DNA from: Escherichia phage Pondi
Sequence record: OP136151.1
DNA length: 60,610 nt
Direction: 5' to 3' (one strand)
This document shows, piece after piece, positions 1 to 9,177 of the stretch. The stretch's first letter is position 1, and each line of letters opens with the position of its first letter. The position numbers were made by a program, and so were the translations under genes. Under the pieces are notes generated by a model, which saw nothing but the letters and a program-made list of their open reading frames with translations, made no database searches and had not been told where the DNA came from.

Positions 1-77
1 GCGCCGGACGTTGGTCCTGTGATAACGTCACCCGGTAGCAGACCTGTAACATCGTCCGTCATGTTGAGGCTGTACAC
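1..77. repeat. 77-bp terminal direct repeat, exact copy of 60534..60610 (circular or terminally redundant genome closed by the assembly)
   Basis: First 77 nt of window are identical to the last 77 nt; a minus-strand reading frame is continuous across the junction. Confidence 0.9.
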
Positions 78-257
78 CACAGTCTCGCTCGGTGCTGGCT
101 GACCGTCGAAACGTTCGTAACCAGCCTCAAGCGCATAGCCGCCATCCGTCTCAGGGGAGAAGTTTGTGGCGGCAGTCAGCGTACCGGGCTGGCGGCTGAG
201 ATAAGGAGTGGCCGTGTCGAGGCCACCTTGCAATGCAAAGCGATCATAATTAGCCAT
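1..257 (-). CDS. Large virion/tail structural protein, N-terminal 85 codons; gene continues through the junction into 58520..60610 (about 756 aa in total)
   Basis: ATG at 257-255 (MANYDRFALQGGLDTATPYLS...); frame stays open to position 1 and is in phase with ORF 58520..60610 through the 77-bp overlap. Confidence 0.7.
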   Translation of the reverse strand, partial: MANYDRFALQGGLDTATPYLSRQPGTLTAATNFSPETDGGYALEAGYERFDGQPAPSETVVYSLNMTDDVTGLLPGDVITGPTSG

Positions 258-260
258 GAT

Positions 261-923
261 TTAGCTCGCTGAAATAGAGAAGAAGTTACCGGACGACTGA
301 TTGGTTGGGAAACCGTCAGGACGTTGGTCAGCTTCAAGCAGGCGCAGGTATTTGTCGTATTCGGCCTGAGACTTAGCTGCCAGTTCCGCCGCGTCGTCGT
401 ACATTGCATACAGCCACAGCGCGTAGGCCACGATTGTGTTGCAGAAGCGCGCGGGTACCAGCGGAGTGTCGGAGTCGTTTACCAACTCTACGGACTCACG
501 GTACCAGGAAAATTGAAAGTTGAATTGCTTGTCAGGGCGCGGGTACATCTGGATGGACGAGTCCGGCATGATGACAAACTGAGTCGGGTATCCCTGTTCC
601 AGCATGGTGCTGTACGGGCTGAAGTTGTGAAATAGTTCCGGGTAGACCAGGTGGTTGTCAAACATGAGACGAGCCTGATCCCAGCGATAATGACCGAGTG
701 GTGGCACGATATGCGTTTCCCCGGTATCGACGGTACCTTCCAGCATACCGCCCCACAGGAAGCGCCAGTCACCCCACAGGTTTTCAATATAAGTGGTGGC
801 GTCCTTCACATACTGCACAATGCGCGCAGCGTCGCCGGACACCACAGCTACCGACTGGATATTGCCGGAATACCCTGCGTCACGGGCAACTCGTTGAGAC
901 ATTCCTAACAGGGTATTCGACAT
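261..923 (-). CDS. Virion structural protein, 220 aa (possible head-tail adaptor or tail protein)
   Basis: ORF in late operon directly upstream of the large tail protein gene; AAGGAG Shine-Dalgarno 6 nt before ATG at 923; function from position only. Confidence 0.5.
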   Translation of the reverse strand: MSNTLLGMSQRVARDAGYSGNIQSVAVVSGDAARIVQYVKDATTYIENLWGDWRFLWGGMLEGTVDTGETHIVPPLGHYRWDQARLMFDNHLVYPELFHNFSPYSTMLEQGYPTQFVIMPDSSIQMYPRPDKQFNFQFSWYRESVELVNDSDTPLVPARFCNTIVAYALWLYAMYDDAAELAAKSQAEYDKYLRLLEADQRPDGFPTNQSSGNFFSISAS

Positions 924-926
924 ATC

Positions 927-1223
927 TTACTCCTTAGTTGGCAGGCCCGGAGGCAGTTGCACTTTTGCTTTCGCTTTCGGCTTCACGGCGGCCACGGGTT
1001 CTTCAACTACCACTGGCACTTCCGGTTCCGGTTCCTTCACAGGGATTACTGGCGCTTCAGGTTCCTTCACAGGAGTAGGATTCAGATCAACATATTCACC
1101 TTTCGGGTCGAAGTAGTGACCGTTCTGATAGAAGGCCAGTTTCACTGCGCCAGTCTGTTGACCACGAATGACACCATACGGTTTGGTTTTATCGAGTTTA
1201 ATAGCCACGTTTCTTTTCTCCAT
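927..1223 (-). CDS. Hypothetical late protein, 98 aa, Pro/Glu/Val-rich C-terminus
   Basis: Internal ATG of ORF 927..1403 (MEKRNVAIKLDK...); overlaps upstream gene by 26 nt; weak RBS. Confidence 0.4.
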   Translation of the reverse strand: MEKRNVAIKLDKTKPYGVIRGQQTGAVKLAFYQNGHYFDPKGEYVDLNPTPVKEPEAPVIPVKEPEPEVPVVVEEPVAAVKPKAKAKVQLPPGLPTKE

Positions 1224-1503
1224 AGCCTTTGTACACAGCCTGCTGATCGTACATCGGTTTGACCGTCGTACCGCAGTCGTCGTGCGGACGGAACGATTCC
1301 AGACCTTTATGCTGCAAATAACCGTCACGAATATTGAAGTTCTCAATATTTGGATGGTCATCTTCAGCGCCGCGAGTACCGTCTGAAGGTGGTAAATAAT
1401 CACCCATGCGACCGTAATCCATTTGGCTGTTCATGGCGTCAACGTCAAACTCTGTACGCTGGCCCCACGAAATCGAATCGTCCTGATTGTATGATGGTTT
1501 CAT
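1198..1503 (-). CDS. Hypothetical late protein, 101 aa
   Basis: Internal ATG of ORF 1198..1557 preceded by GGAGG; protein MKPSYNQDDSISWGQ... Confidence 0.5.
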   Translation of the reverse strand: MKPSYNQDDSISWGQRTEFDVDAMNSQMDYGRMGDYLPPSDGTRGAEDDHPNIENFNIRDGYLQHKGLESFRPHDDCGTTVKPMYDQQAVYKGYGEKKRGY

Positions 1504-1586
1504 AATCACTTCCTCCAGATAGGTCTTCCAATGATACATAATAAAAAGGGGTCGCACAAGGCGACCCCAGTTTGGGATGGTGGCTA

Positions 1587-1988
1587 TTAGTAGCGGCCAA
1601 CGGTGAGTTGCAGACTTGCCAGTACCGCGTCACCGGAGTAGGTCAGCACAAACACCTGCGGGGTGTTGGCTTTGTTGGAAACGCCCATGTGATAACCTTC
1701 TTCAGTCAACACCAGTTTACCCTTCAGTGGGCCGCCAGGTGTAGACGTGCTGTCAACAGTGAACACACCGTAACGGTTAGCGGTAGTACCGTCACCGATA
1801 GCGATGGTACCTGTACCGGAAGTGTAGATGCCGGACAGACCGAGAACTACAGCACCTTCAACCACACGGCTGGCGTCGTGAGACAGTTCAGCGATGGCCG
1901 ATGCAGGCAGAGTGATCGCAGGACTGGATGCGAAGTTCTGTGCACTGTAGTTGTAGTTGGCTAACAGCGGTTTATCGTAAGAGTACAT
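1587..1988 (-). CDS. Virion protein, 133 aa, Gly/Thr/Ser-rich (possible decoration or connector protein)
   Basis: ORF with GGAGG RBS located two genes downstream of the capsid gene. Confidence 0.5.
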   Translation of the reverse strand: MYSYDKPLLANYNYSAQNFASSPAITLPASAIAELSHDASRVVEGAVVLGLSGIYTSGTGTIAIGDGTTANRYGVFTVDSTSTPGGPLKGKLVLTEEGYHMGVSNKANTPQVFVLTYSGDAVLASLQLTVGRY

Positions 1989-2002
1989 TTAGCGAGCCTC
2001 CA

Positions 2003-2203
2003 TTACTGTACGAGTTTGAAGCCGCCACCGACGTCTTCGTTACGCTGACCCGCAGAGAAGCGAGCCTGTTCAGTTACCGGGTATTCTTCCGGTTTGAACT
2101 TTTCCAGACTGGACAGGCCGCATTTTGCGTCGCCAGTGTCTTTTGCGTGTACGCCAGTCGCGCTGTCGTTGATCGGCATACCGTACGCTTTGTTCTGAGC
2201 CAT
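2003..2203 (-). CDS. Hypothetical small late protein, 66 aa
   Basis: ORF immediately downstream of capsid gene; GAAGGAG RBS. Confidence 0.5.
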   Translation of the reverse strand: MAQNKAYGMPINDSATGVHAKDTGDAKCGLSSLEKFKPEEYPVTEQARFSAGQRNEDVGGGFKLVQ

Positions 2204-2221
2204 GTTACTTCTCCTTCAATT

Positions 2222-2237
2222 TGGGGGCCGAAGCCCC
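2222..2237 (-). promoter_or_regulatory. GC-rich stem-loop with UUCG tetraloop (GGGGGC-UUCG-GCCCCC on the transcript) just downstream of the capsid gene
   Basis: Perfect 6-bp GC stem with UUCG loop between capsid stop (2247) and next RBS; no U-tract, so likely an RNA stabiliser or processing site rather than a strict terminator. Confidence 0.5.
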
Positions 2238-2246
2238 CGATTAAAC

Positions 2247-3218
2247 TTAGGACGCTGAGTCCCAACGGATGATGCGGTTCTGAAGTGCCTGCGGATCGTC
2301 AGCCTGAGACTGGTTGTGAACGATACCGAAACCACCCATGTAGTACCACGCAACACCTTTGGAACGACCGTAGTCGGTAGGCAGTTTACCACGAATCTGT
2401 TCAGGATCGGTAACTGCTTCAGTTACGGTATCGCCACCGAAGAAGAACGCTTCGTCAGACTTACCATTGGTCCAGCCTTTGGACGGAATGTTGGTCTGCT
2501 CAACAAAGCGGCAACCTTCGTATTTGCCGATTTCGCCCAGGCGAATGTTACGCCAGCCGCTTTCAACGTACTTAGACAGTTCTTCAATCTCGTTACGAAT
2601 CGGACGGAAAGTCGTCGGACGCGCCAGAGCGAAGTAGTCGTCACCGTCGTAGCCCGGAATGTTACGCTCTTTCATCTCGTCGATGATAGCTTTAACGTGG
2701 TCCAGAGACAGTGCAGCGTCGTTCACAGTCGCAGTATGGTCACCAGCGGCGGCCACAGCTTCGATGTTCACCTGAGTAGCGGAGGTGCCGCTAACCGGGG
2801 AAGCTACCAGACGAGTCTGGTTGAACTGGCTGTACGCTTCGTAGTCGAGGGTCTTAGCACAGTCGTCTTTCAGAGCGGACTGGATAATGTTCTCAACCGG
2901 AACTTTGGACAGGTTGTCCAGTTTTTTGGTGTACGGTACGGAGTTACCGAACTCGTCGATCTGCAAGGAACCCTGGCGGATTTCGAAGTTGGTTTCTGGC
3001 AGAGCCTGACCTTCTTTCAGACGACCGCCCTGGGTACGTACGTTGGTGAAGATGTCCCAATGGAAAATATCACCGCGACCGTAAGTGAACGCTTCTTTCG
3101 CCGAGCAGAACTGGCGGAAACGCATCATCGGCTGTACTTCTTTACGCAGATACTGACTCAGTTGGTCTGAGTACATGAACCCGCCGAGACGCTCAACGCC
3201 CCACAATTGACCTGCCAT
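2247..3218 (-). CDS. Major capsid protein, 323 aa
   Basis: Position directly after the acidic coiled-coil scaffold gene; AAGGAG RBS; followed by stable hairpin; size typical of HK97-fold capsid proteins; no database check. Confidence 0.7.
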   Translation of the reverse strand: MAGQLWGVERLGGFMYSDQLSQYLRKEVQPMMRFRQFCSAKEAFTYGRGDIFHWDIFTNVRTQGGRLKEGQALPETNFEIRQGSLQIDEFGNSVPYTKKLDNLSKVPVENIIQSALKDDCAKTLDYEAYSQFNQTRLVASPVSGTSATQVNIEAVAAAGDHTATVNDAALSLDHVKAIIDEMKERNIPGYDGDDYFALARPTTFRPIRNEIEELSKYVESGWRNIRLGEIGKYEGCRFVEQTNIPSKGWTNGKSDEAFFFGGDTVTEAVTDPEQIRGKLPTDYGRSKGVAWYYMGGFGIVHNQSQADDPQALQNRIIRWDSAS

Positions 3219-3240
3219 AGTGTTACTCTCCTTTCAACGA

Positions 3241-4521
3241 TTAACGTTTAATTGCTGGGGCGGTTCTGCCCTGCGTCAGACCTGAGAAGGCTGCCAACTT
3301 AGCGTCCATTGAAGACGGGCTGCGGCCACCATCCGGTACTGCTGCTTTTTTCGGCGCTTCGCTTTCACGTTGCGCACCGCTACCCAGCACGGTTTGACCT
3401 ACCTGACTCTTACGAGCTTCAACTGCTGCTGCGCGCGAGTTAACCTGCTGCGTTGTGGTAACCTGTTGACCAGTATAACCTAAAGCCGCTGCCAGTTCAC
3501 GAGCTTCGTTACGTGCCATAGTTGCTGCGCGCACCATGATGTCCAGAGGACGGATGTTGTTATCGCGAGCATTACTTTCACGTACCAGTTGCTGAGCGTA
3601 CTGCGCTGCTTTAGCACTGAGTGCCGGGTTACCGACCACATCTGCATATTGCGGATCAGACTCGTAAGCCTGTGCGTCAACTTGCAGGGAGTGATCCCAT
3701 GCTTTACGGTTTTGCTCTACGATTACTTGCTGAACAACCTGAGTGGTATCAACCTGTGGGATGGCCTGTTGGCGTCCTTTTGCCAGGGTATCTACTAGCT
3801 CGTCCAGTGCGCTATCGTCGCCTTCGTTATAAAGGCGTTCAAAACCTTGTCGCAATTTCGCTTTCAGATCAGGGTCAGCGTCCGTACTGGATGGCTGTTG
3901 AGTCTGTTGCGAGGCCAGTCGTAATTGTTCAAGTTCAGCACGTTCGCGTTCTAAACGCTGGCGTTCTTCTGCGGCCTGGCGCAACCGCTCGTCACCTGCT
4001 TCCAGCTTTTGGGCTGCCGCGATAACGCGTGAAGCATCGACTACTTGAACTTTGCCATTTACCAGAAGTTCAACTTTCTGGTTACCGTTGGCGTCGGTGA
4101 AGAAGCGAGGGGCATTGTTATCCACTTGCGGCGCGGCTTCCTGCTGCACCTGAGCTTCCTGCTCTACCTCTGTTCCTTCTTCCTGTACCTGATTGTCCTG
4201 ACTTTCTTCATCGTTGTCAAGACCGTAAAGGTCGAAACCTTCATCTGCACCTTCAGCTAAGTGCTGACGGCGACGTTCGGCGATGCTGGCGAGGAAGTCT
4301 TCGGAATCTTTTGCCTGAGCGGCTTGGTTTTCGCGCACCCGATCAGAGATACTTTTCTTGGCCTCGGCGGTTTGCTCTACGGTATCCAGATTATCACTGG
4401 CTCCATCGATTTCTTGCTGGGTAAATCCAGCGGCCACGGCTGCTGCGTTGTTCTCTTCAATGACCTGTTGCGGCGATACTTCGGTTGCTTTACGGGTCAT
4501 GGCGTCCTGTTGGATAGTCAT
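3241..4521 (-). CDS. Scaffolding protein, 426 aa
   Basis: Highly acidic, Gln/Glu/Ala-rich with predicted coiled coils (ERQRLERERAELEQLRL); lies between portal and capsid genes; ATGA overlap with upstream gene. Confidence 0.65.
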   Translation of the reverse strand: MTIQQDAMTRKATEVSPQQVIEENNAAAVAAGFTQQEIDGASDNLDTVEQTAEAKKSISDRVRENQAAQAKDSEDFLASIAERRRQHLAEGADEGFDLYGLDNDEESQDNQVQEEGTEVEQEAQVQQEAAPQVDNNAPRFFTDANGNQKVELLVNGKVQVVDASRVIAAAQKLEAGDERLRQAAEERQRLERERAELEQLRLASQQTQQPSSTDADPDLKAKLRQGFERLYNEGDDSALDELVDTLAKGRQQAIPQVDTTQVVQQVIVEQNRKAWDHSLQVDAQAYESDPQYADVVGNPALSAKAAQYAQQLVRESNARDNNIRPLDIMVRAATMARNEARELAAALGYTGQQVTTTQQVNSRAAAVEARKSQVGQTVLGSGAQRESEAPKKAAVPDGGRSPSSMDAKLAAFSGLTQGRTAPAIKR

Positions 4522-4916
4522 GCTGTTTCTCCGTCTTCATCTAACTGCTGGTTGTCTAACTGCTGCTTGCTGCTTTCCTTTTCTTCAATCTGAGCGCCAA
4601 TCGTTTCATAGATTTTGATGACGGTCAGGCAGGCAATCTGTGCCTCTACAATTTCGCTAGTGTTCGCCGGGTTAGCTGTGAGTAATTTCTCAAAGCCTGC
4701 GGTGAACTGCTCGCGAAGGCGCACATCGAAATCTGCGCCCAGCAACGTTTGTGTAAAAAAGTGAGCGGCATCCTCACCGATGTTTATCTTACTGTAAAGA
4801 TAATTGACGGGCAAGGTATCCGACATCAAATCGTCTTGCCGCATGTCAATGTGGTTAATGTTGCGCGCATATATTACATGCGCGCTCGTAGGTGATTTAC
4901 TTGACGTTTGACTCAT
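4518..4916 (-). CDS. Hypothetical protein, 132 aa
   Basis: ORF between portal and scaffold; overlaps portal 3' end by 20 nt. Confidence 0.45.
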   Translation of the reverse strand: MSQTSSKSPTSAHVIYARNINHIDMRQDDLMSDTLPVNYLYSKINIGEDAAHFFTQTLLGADFDVRLREQFTAGFEKLLTANPANTSEIVEAQIACLTVIKIYETIGAQIEEKESSKQQLDNQQLDEDGETA

Positions 4917-7278
4917 TGATGACTTCCTGCTGAGTAGGCGTTACCTGCTGGCCGATTTGCTGGGCCTGCTGCATCGCCGTCTGCTGCAATGAGCTTCCGT
5001 GCTGGAGTGCGGTGGTCTGACGCTTGGTCTTGTCCTGTGCTTCGGCAATCCGTAGCCGGGTTTCATTATCCAGCATAGACAGCAACATATCAAGCTGACC
5101 GCGCTTACCTTCCAGTTCTGCGTCGAGTGCCATCTGAATCAGCTTCAGTTCGCGGTCGGCGGCCAGTTGGTTGGCTTGCTTGGTTAACTCCAGTTCAGCT
5201 TTAATCTGCGCTTCCTGCACGCGACCTTTCGCTTCTTCCTGCGCAGCCTGTACCAGCGGATCAACTGGTGGTTCTGACGGAGGCGGCTCCTGGAAGTTCT
5301 TAGCCAGATTCGGGAAGAATTTACTACCGTCGCCCTGACCGAGTGTTGAGAAGATAGCGCTACCGACGGCTTTGCTATCCATGTTGTCAGCCATGCCCGG
5401 TAACTGCATTACCGTCGTAACACCGTACATCAACGTGTTTACACGCTGTACCGGGTCAGTTGCGCCAATACCGGTATCGACTTTCATCTCAAGCTGTTTG
5501 GTCATGAGATCGTCGGTCAGGTCTTCCACGTTGAGGCGCGGGAAGTATGCCGAGTTGTCGACGGCGATGTGCATGATCGTCTCGTCGTTCTCATAATACT
5601 GAACGGTGAGCATGAACAGTTCCAGCACCGGGCGCACGAAGGTGAACACGAAGGTACGGATGTCGAAGTCGTTCACTTTGGTAGCGGCGTTGCTGAGCAA
5701 CTTCATACCACCGACAGTCTCGTTCATCTCGCGGTTGTTGGCTACAGCCTGGCCGCTGAAGGTACCCTGTGCTTCGTTCATCTCCATAGTCAGGCGCTGA
5801 GTTTCCTCATAGCTGCTACTGGTGACGTCGTTCACTTCCTGCGGGATCAGGTCGCCAGCCGGGTCGCTGGTGAAGATTACACCGCCCGGAGTGGAGCGTG
5901 TCAGAGCGGCCAGGTCGATAGATGCACCGCGACGCGCCAGGTAACGCTTGTTCAGTACGAGCTTAACGTTGTCTACGCGCTGGTTGCTGATTTCGTTCAC
6001 TGCGCGCTGCAACTCGCTACCGATATGGGCTTTGGAGTCCGGCACGTTGTTGTGAGATTCAATCATGCAGGTACCGTAGACGAACGGCAGGCGACCGTGG
6101 TGATAGCGGTCCTTCAGTTCTACAGGCTGCTCTAACAGGAACTGAGTACCCATCATGTGATAGGTGTACCAAAGACCATCACGGCGGACGAACACTTCGT
6201 TAACCATTACAGATTCGTAGCGGACATCGGCGTTGTCGTTGTTGATTGGGTCCGGCTTACCTTCACCGCGCTTAGCCTGCTGCGTTGCGTCGTCTTCCAT
6301 CGCCCAGCGGCACGTCAGGATTTCACCTTCGGAAAGCAGGTTCCACTCGCCGCGTTCCATACGCACCATGACGTCATCAACGGACATCATTTTTCTGTGT
6401 ACGAAATACTTGCCAGTACCGACAACATCGTTCGCTTTCGCGGTTGGGTCGAAGATAAAGTTTTCCGGCAGGATCAGGTCGATGTACGGCTCGTCGTGAA
6501 TAACGTTTTCAGTCTTAGTCGTCTCCAGACCAATCAGGTTACCCGCTTCATCGAATACCGGAGTGTCGGTCGTAGTGGTTGTGGTTTCGCGCCACCAGAA
6601 AACTTTAGCGATTGCTGGCCCATTGATGAATGAGTCCTGCGCAGCACCGATACAAATCGGGTACCAGATTTTATCCAGACGAAGGTTTACGATTTCCTTC
6701 AGCACTGCCGCCGCTTTATCCGCATCCTGGTCGGTTACGTTGCGTGGCGAAATGTGCATGTAGTCATCGTTCAGGAAAAGCGCGGTTGCGATGTCTGCTT
6801 CCCAGCTACGGGAGGCCATGCGGGTTAACGGGCGGAAAACTTTCGAGCGGTTGCGGAACGCTTCGCTGTAATATTTGCTGCCCGGTTCGTGGCGACCTTT
6901 GAACAGGTAAGTGTCGTTGATGTGCTGCGTCTGGTAGCCCTGACGATAGAAGGTGCGCCCGGTGTCATAGCAACGACGACCGAGGTCAATCCACTGGGTT
7001 TCAGACATGCCAGCAACGCCGGAGTCGTCCGGTTGATTATAGGTTTGTTCTTCGGCTTGCAGGACATCGCCTTCCTTCTCGAACTGGGAGAATGAGTCCA
7101 TCTCACCGAAGGATGCCTGATTGATGTCCAGTTCAGCGCCGGGGATAATCTGGTTAGCGCGGTACGGGTCGTCGTTTACCTGCGTAATCCCGCGAGCACC
7201 ACCGCCGCCGTAAGGCGACTGGGTGTCCGGCGCGCGACCAACGAGGGAATCACTGATCCCTTTTTGTGCGTTCGGCAT
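4897..7278 (-). CDS. Portal protein (putative), 793 aa
   Basis: Large ORF between terminase and scaffold/capsid genes, the canonical portal position; GAGGA RBS. Confidence 0.6.
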   Translation of the reverse strand: MPNAQKGISDSLVGRAPDTQSPYGGGGARGITQVNDDPYRANQIIPGAELDINQASFGEMDSFSQFEKEGDVLQAEEQTYNQPDDSGVAGMSETQWIDLGRRCYDTGRTFYRQGYQTQHINDTYLFKGRHEPGSKYYSEAFRNRSKVFRPLTRMASRSWEADIATALFLNDDYMHISPRNVTDQDADKAAAVLKEIVNLRLDKIWYPICIGAAQDSFINGPAIAKVFWWRETTTTTTDTPVFDEAGNLIGLETTKTENVIHDEPYIDLILPENFIFDPTAKANDVVGTGKYFVHRKMMSVDDVMVRMERGEWNLLSEGEILTCRWAMEDDATQQAKRGEGKPDPINNDNADVRYESVMVNEVFVRRDGLWYTYHMMGTQFLLEQPVELKDRYHHGRLPFVYGTCMIESHNNVPDSKAHIGSELQRAVNEISNQRVDNVKLVLNKRYLARRGASIDLAALTRSTPGGVIFTSDPAGDLIPQEVNDVTSSSYEETQRLTMEMNEAQGTFSGQAVANNREMNETVGGMKLLSNAATKVNDFDIRTFVFTFVRPVLELFMLTVQYYENDETIMHIAVDNSAYFPRLNVEDLTDDLMTKQLEMKVDTGIGATDPVQRVNTLMYGVTTVMQLPGMADNMDSKAVGSAIFSTLGQGDGSKFFPNLAKNFQEPPPSEPPVDPLVQAAQEEAKGRVQEAQIKAELELTKQANQLAADRELKLIQMALDAELEGKRGQLDMLLSMLDNETRLRIAEAQDKTKRQTTALQHGSSLQQTAMQQAQQIGQQVTPTQQEVINESNVK

Positions 7279-7288
7279 CTCTTAATCC

Positions 7289-7657
7289 TCAGTTTAAACC
7301 AATGATATTACCACGAATGTCGCGCTTGGCTTCTACCAGTTCATGCTCGCGCATACGTCCACGATGCAGCTTAGCGCGTTCCAGGATTTCACCGCCAGCG
7401 CGGAGCACCAGCTTTTTGGCCGCGACAGGTTCTTCCAGATCGGCAATCATCAACGTAGCGCCGGACTCATAGGACACGTCGCCACACAGGATGTTGACGA
7501 TACCACCCTCAATCTCAGCGTTTACACGCCACAGGTAGCCGGAGTATGCGTTATGCAGGCACTCACCAATGATGGAGGCCAGTTCATAGTTTGCAATCTC
7601 GATGGCGTCACTACCTGTACCGCGCGTGTAAATTACTGCATGGTTAACTGTTGTCAT
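7289..7657 (-). CDS. Hypothetical protein, about 122 aa
   Basis: ATG at 7657 (third codon of track ORF, which begins with TTG) with AAGGA upstream. Confidence 0.45.
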   Translation of the reverse strand: MTTVNHAVIYTRGTGSDAIEIANYELASIIGECLHNAYSGYLWRVNAEIEGGIVNILCGDVSYESGATLMIADLEEPVAAKKLVLRAGGEILERAKLHRGRMREHELVEAKRDIRGNIIGLN

Positions 7658-7832
7658 TATCAATATCCTTAGTCCAACGATAGTCGTGACCCGGTAGCGT
7701 CGGCATCTCGGTCTTCACCTTTCCGTTGTCGAAGACGTACACCGCTTCGGGCGTAGTCAGTCGCTTCGGGTCCAGGCGATTCACGATTTCAGTGAAGCTG
7801 CGGGTTGTGTATGAAACTTGACGTCCTGCCAT
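7644..7832 (-). CDS. Hypothetical protein, 62 aa
   Basis: Small ORF with GGAGGT RBS 6 nt upstream of ATG. Confidence 0.45.
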   Translation of the reverse strand: MAGRQVSYTTRSFTEIVNRLDPKRLTTPEAVYVFDNGKVKTEMPTLPGHDYRWTKDIDNDNS

Positions 7833-7864
7833 AGTACACCTCCGTTAATCAGTGCATGATAACA

Positions 7865-9136
7865 TCACTTTAATTTCTCTTCCAGTTCAGCCACGCGCTG
7901 GGTTAACCGCTTGATTGCCGCCAGTGCGTCGAGCAACATTGGTGTCTGGTCCAGATGATAGTAACCGCCGACCTCTTTAACATACTGCGGATCAATGTCT
8001 TTAATCTGCTGGGAAATCACCCCACGACGCGGCGTGACATCCTCATCATCGTTGAACGTAAAGTTCTTGAACTCCATAGCGTTGACATTAGCCAGCGCGA
8101 TGTCCAGGTCAAGATCGCTACCTACAGTCTTCAGTCGGGAGTCAGACGGGGCCGATGTTGTGATTTGTAGCCATGTTCCCCACGACTGGTTGTTGGTCTG
8201 AATACGCGTAAAGATACGGTTTGATGTGTCGAAGAATCGCTGCTGAAACCACTCGCCGGAAACACCTGTCGCCTTAGCATTACCACGACCTACACCCTGC
8301 GTACATTGAGTGAATACCGATCCGTAGCTTGTCCCGGACACAGGAGGGTTAGCGACAGTACCGCCGATTTGCTGCCATCCTTGCGGTACCGTGTTGAAGT
8401 CAGTGGCGTTCGCTGTCGGTACACTGTTCCCGTCGTAGGCCAGACCGCCGTTTAACCCAATGTACGCCGTACCTGTGCGTGAAGGTTTAGTGAGCGAGAT
8501 AGTCCGGCGTGCGGTGTTGTCGGTACCGTTGGCGAAGAAGAACCAAAGCGCCTCACCGTTGCTTTCAATCAGCGCGCGGCGACCGATGTCTGAGATGTTA
8601 AACGGCGTATGGTCCAGCCACAGACCGGGATAACTGGTCGAGATGGTCTGCGTGTTAGTGAACGTGTTGAATGACAGCGACGCGGCGTTGAGATTGGTAC
8701 GTGCATCTACGGCATTGTCTGCACCGGTACCACCGTTGGCGATCGGGAGAACGCCGGACACGCGGGAGTCGAGCGGCAGACTGCCTACAGTATTCGCCAG
8801 GTCGATAGCGGGGCCAGCGGCTACGCCGTCAAGCCATGCGTGCACGTAGAAATTATTGGAGCGTGCGAGCAGTGAGCCGAGCAACACCCAGTTACCGTTA
8901 ACCGGAGGTTTCTTAGGGAAGTAGGGAGTCTTGTCAAGATAACCAGTCGTGAGAGTGTAGTCAGTAGCGCTGCCGCCGTAGCCCAGCACCATTAGCTGAC
9001 TTACCCAACCGCTGGCCTCGTTATACGTCGGGGTACCGTAGGGAACATAGCCGAGTGCGATTAACTCGTTGACCTTATTGATAACTTGAGGCGTCTTGCC
9101 GGGAATGAAGTAGCCGCCAGCGACTGTTAATTCCAT
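7865..9136 (-). CDS. Tail fibre/tailspike protein with C-terminal intramolecular chaperone (peptidase S74-like) domain, 423 aa
   Basis: Fibre-like motif IANGGTGADNAVDARTNLNA; C-terminal SDSRLKTVGSDLDLD resembles the S-D-x-R-x-K autocleavage motif of endosialidase/T5 L-shaped fibre chaperone domains; terminal coiled coil. Confidence 0.65.
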   Translation of the reverse strand: MELTVAGGYFIPGKTPQVINKVNELIALGYVPYGTPTYNEASGWVSQLMVLGYGGSATDYTLTTGYLDKTPYFPKKPPVNGNWVLLGSLLARSNNFYVHAWLDGVAAGPAIDLANTVGSLPLDSRVSGVLPIANGGTGADNAVDARTNLNAASLSFNTFTNTQTISTSYPGLWLDHTPFNISDIGRRALIESNGEALWFFFANGTDNTARRTISLTKPSRTGTAYIGLNGGLAYDGNSVPTANATDFNTVPQGWQQIGGTVANPPVSGTSYGSVFTQCTQGVGRGNAKATGVSGEWFQQRFFDTSNRIFTRIQTNNQSWGTWLQITTSAPSDSRLKTVGSDLDLDIALANVNAMEFKNFTFNDDEDVTPRRGVISQQIKDIDPQYVKEVGGYYHLDQTPMLLDALAAIKRLTQRVAELEEKLK

Positions 9137-9156
9137 GTCATGTACTCCGTGAATAA

Positions 9157-9170
9157 GGGGCCGAAGCCCC
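9157..9170 (-). promoter_or_regulatory. GC-rich UUCG-tetraloop stem-loop (GGGGC-UUCG-GCCCC), second copy
   Basis: Same hairpin as at 2222..2237, between gene 9178..10014 and the S74 fibre gene. Confidence 0.5.
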
Positions 9171-9177
9171 TATGGTA

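Noticed and set aside
2316-3170. 284-aa plus-strand ORF overlapping the capsid gene
   Set aside because: Antisense to the well-supported capsid frame; no RBS; entire region belongs to the minus-strand late operon.
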